A DNA stretch of 35,723 nt, from NCBI GenBank assembly GCA_050116155.1, contig JASFPE010000003.1, positions 1 to 35,723 of the forward strand, written 5' to 3'. Positions within the stretch are counted from its first letter, which is position 1; the number at the start of each line of letters is the position of its first letter. Source of the stretch: Desulfobacterales bacterium (GTDB lineage Bacteria > Desulfobacterota > Desulfobacteria > Desulfobacterales > JAHEIW01). Shown here piece after piece: positions 33,155-35,723 of the stretch. The notes beneath the pieces are model-generated. The model was not told where the DNA came from, did not search any database, and saw only the letters and a program-made list of their open reading frames with translations. Made by a program: the position numbers and the translations under genes.

Positions 33155-34876
33155 ATGGATGATATCCTCGTAAAATATCGCCAGCTCGGCGACATTTTTG
33201 ACACCTTTTCCCTGGGCGTGATGGTCGTGGGGCCGGATCGCAAAATTCTTTCTTTTAATCACTCGGCCGAGATCATTACAGGCTACAATGAGTCAGATCT
33301 TCGTGGCAAATTCTGCCACGACATCCTGCTTGAAAAATTGTGCGGCGGGAGTTGCCAGTATTTAGACGCCATTGAAAGCGATACGCTATCCGGCAATGCG
33401 GATTTGGAGGTAATCGATCGTAATGCCACCCATAACATCACCCGCATCGTGTCGCCCATTTACGGTGCGGATAAAACACCAGCGGGATGCATCGAGGTTT
33501 TCCAGGACCATTCGGTATTCAAGGAGTTGCTTGAGCGCGTCCGGCATGACGATCGCCGCTTGAAGATCATTCTGGATAACCTTGACATCGGTGTCCTTAC
33601 CGTCGACCGTGGCGGGCACATCACATTTTTTAACAACCGGGCTGAAGCCATGTCTGGTTTTAACAGGGGGGAGGTCCTGGGAAAACCCTGTACCATGATA
33701 TTTGGCGAGGCGTCCAGTCATGACATGTTGCTTTTTAGCGAAACCATTGCCGATGGACGGGCGCGTGCGAGCACGGAGGGGGAGATAAAGACCCGCGAAG
33801 GTCAGGCTGTGCCGATGCGTGCCAATTACATGGCACTCAAAAATGAGGATGGGCGCATTGTCGGCGGTCTGGCAACCATTTCTGATCTATCCTTGAAATA
33901 TCAATTTAACAGCGAAATCAAGGGTCGTTATACCTTTTATGATATGGTGGGCAAAGACCCGGCTATTCAGAAAATTTTCGACATCGTCCCCGTCGTGGCT
34001 TCAAGCGATGCGACCATCCTTATCGAAGGCCCCACGGGAACCGGAAAAGATGTTCTGGCCAAAGTCATTCACAATGCCAGCATGCGTTCGAAAAAGCCAC
34101 TGGTTAAGGTGAACTGCGCGGCGCTGCCCGACAATCTTCTGGAGTCCGAAATGTTTGGTTATGTAAAGGGTGCCTTTACCGGAGCGGATAAAGACAAGCC
34201 AGGACGATTTCAGGAAGCAGACGGAGGAACCATTTTTCTGGATGAAATCGGTGATTTGCCGTTATCGCTGCAGGCGAAACTTCTGAGGGTACTGGAAGAC
34301 AAGGAATTTTATCCTTTGGGTGGCCGAAAAACAACCAAAGTGGATGTGCGTATCATTTCAGCCACCAACCAGAATCTTGACCGTTTGGTTGGGGAAAGGC
34401 GTTTTCGGGAAGATCTTTTCTATCGGCTGAATGTGATGCGATTGGACCTGCCACCCCTAAAGGACAGAAAGGGGGATATTCCGCTTTTAATTTCTCATAT
34501 TTTAAAGCGCCTGTCTGCCACCCGGGATACGATGGTTGAAAAATTTTCGAACGATGCCATGGAAGTACTCTTAAACTACAATTATCCCGGAAACGTCAGA
34601 GAATTAGAAAACATTATAGAGCATGCCCTGATTGTCTGTCAGGGTAAAATCATCGAACGAAACCATTTGCCCCTATCCCTCCAGAGCGGCCTGGTCCCGC
34701 CACCTGTGGCTGAAGACAAGCATCCATTAGACCAGAACATCGATTTCAGCGAAAAAGCCATCATTTTAAATATGTTGAGAAAATATAACTGGAATAAAGG
34801 TAAAACTGCATCCGCTCTTAATATCAACCGCACAACCCTGTGGCGCAAGATGAAAAAATATAGTATTTCGGTGTAA
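33155..34876 (+). CDS. Sigma54-dependent transcriptional activator (2xPAS, AAA+, Fis HTH)
   Basis: GPTGTGKD, ESEMFGYVKGAFTGA, FLDEIG, FREDLFYRL, YPGNVRELEN, NRTTLWRK. Confidence 0.95.
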   Translation: MDDILVKYRQLGDIFDTFSLGVMVVGPDRKILSFNHSAEIITGYNESDLRGKFCHDILLEKLCGGSCQYLDAIESDTLSGNADLEVIDRNATHNITRIVSPIYGADKTPAGCIEVFQDHSVFKELLERVRHDDRRLKIILDNLDIGVLTVDRGGHITFFNNRAEAMSGFNRGEVLGKPCTMIFGEASSHDMLLFSETIADGRARASTEGEIKTREGQAVPMRANYMALKNEDGRIVGGLATISDLSLKYQFNSEIKGRYTFYDMVGKDPAIQKIFDIVPVVASSDATILIEGPTGTGKDVLAKVIHNASMRSKKPLVKVNCAALPDNLLESEMFGYVKGAFTGADKDKPGRFQEADGGTIFLDEIGDLPLSLQAKLLRVLEDKEFYPLGGRKTTKVDVRIISATNQNLDRLVGERRFREDLFYRLNVMRLDLPPLKDRKGDIPLLISHILKRLSATRDTMVEKFSNDAMEVLLNYNYPGNVRELENIIEHALIVCQGKIIERNHLPLSLQSGLVPPPVAEDKHPLDQNIDFSEKAIILNMLRKYNWNKGKTASALNINRTTLWRKMKKYSISV

Positions 34877-35154
34877 TTTCAGAATATTGTGCATATTCCT
34901 CCCTCCAATACTTAGAAATTAATTGAAATTATGCCCCAATATGGACCACTTATTTTTTATAAATCCGAAATTTTATCAGCATACCACCGCCGCGACATGC
35001 AACAAAATGCATCATATGTTTCTTTTTATTGCAAACCCATATTTCCAACTTTTACAAGAATGCGAATATTTTCGTAATAAATTAAAATTATAGCTTAAAT
35101 TAATAAAATTTATACGTGTGCTCTAACCTCAATATTTTTCTCGGGCCTTGCAAA

Positions 35155-35172
35155 TGTTGCAGAATTGCATCA
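35155..35172. promoter_or_regulatory. Candidate enhancer-binding-protein site TGTTGCA-N4-TGCATCA
   Basis: Palindrome with one mismatch about 100 bp upstream of the sigma54 promoter; related half-sites at 34998-35014. Confidence 0.55.
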
Positions 35173-35269
35173 TTTATTTTCTCATCAGATTTTCCCTCTC
35201 TGCAGCACATTTTATTTAACCTATTTAAATTATTATAAAAGTTTTGAATTTGGCAAAGAAATTTTTTTT

Positions 35270-35285
35270 TGGCACGTTTAATGCT
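35270..35285 (+). promoter_or_regulatory. Sigma54 (-24/-12) promoter
   Basis: TGGCACG-TTTA-ATGCT with GG-N10-GC spacing; downstream of a bEBP gene and upstream of ORF 35381. Confidence 0.8.
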
Positions 35286-35380
35286 CAATACGATGCTGGT
35301 GATCAGGCAACACCGACAACATGGTAATAACATTCGTCATTATTACGTGTTTCGAATCTATTCATAAACAAGAAGCTGTT

Positions 35381-35723
35381 ATGGACACTATTACCTTAAA
35401 AAAGGATGGTTCAATCCACCAAAACGGCAAAACGGTATCATCCGCCGCGCTGAATTTGCTCAGCTCTCAGATAACGCTTGAAGAAGGATATAGTTTGAGG
35501 AGCTTTTTCGAGATGCTCGGCAAATATTCGCAATTTGCCGAACTCAGTGCTTTTTTCCCTATGTATACCGAGCAGTACCATAGCTGTCCGAAAAATGGAT
35601 GCGATGCGGGATTCATCGATTACCTGGAGTTCGGCAAAACCATAGAGATGATCGGAGCTCCAGACAGGCGCTTGGAAATATACAACTCCCTAACTGGACT
35701 GCAGGCAGGCGAGGCGACCGAGA
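35381..35723 (+). CDS. Hypothetical protein, partial (runs off the window; absent from the ORF track)
   Basis: Open frame from ATG 35381: MDTITLKKDGSIHQNGK...LEEGYSLRSFFEML...YLEFGKTIEMIG..., no stop before the window end. Confidence 0.7.
   Translation, partial: MDTITLKKDGSIHQNGKTVSSAALNLLSSQITLEEGYSLRSFFEMLGKYSQFAELSAFFPMYTEQYHSCPKNGCDAGFIDYLEFGKTIEMIGAPDRRLEIYNSLTGLQAGEATE

Overview
Gene-dense bacterial window. Gene content and intergenic repeat style suggest an anaerobic Desulfobacterota-like organism (inference). From left to right: (i) a minus-strand Liv-type ABC transporter operon with an embedded acyl-CoA ligase, ending in an internally deleted SDR; (ii) a secreted TPR protein; (iii) a ~10.6 kb plus-strand methyl-transfer cluster: acsE-acsD-acsC, a NuoE/NuoF/NuoG-N (HydCBA-like) flavin/Fe-S module with no catalytic domain, an MtaA/CmuA-family methyltransferase, a corrinoid protein and a RACo activator, with no CODH/ACS gene in the window; (iv) a convergent cob(I)alamin adenosyltransferase with a strongly structured upstream region; (v) MlaC-like plus MMPL transporter; (vi) a catabolic-looking run of SDR, enolase-superfamily enzyme, divergent SHMT, RraA/HMG-aldolase-like protein, cyclase and DUF3786; (vii) a redox-sensing block (receiver, heme/PAS kinase, hybrid kinase, PAS sigma54 activator) followed by a sigma54 promoter and a partial ORF. 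Many intergenic gaps hold palindromic microsatellite-like elements. All family calls come from motif recognition; no database searches were run.
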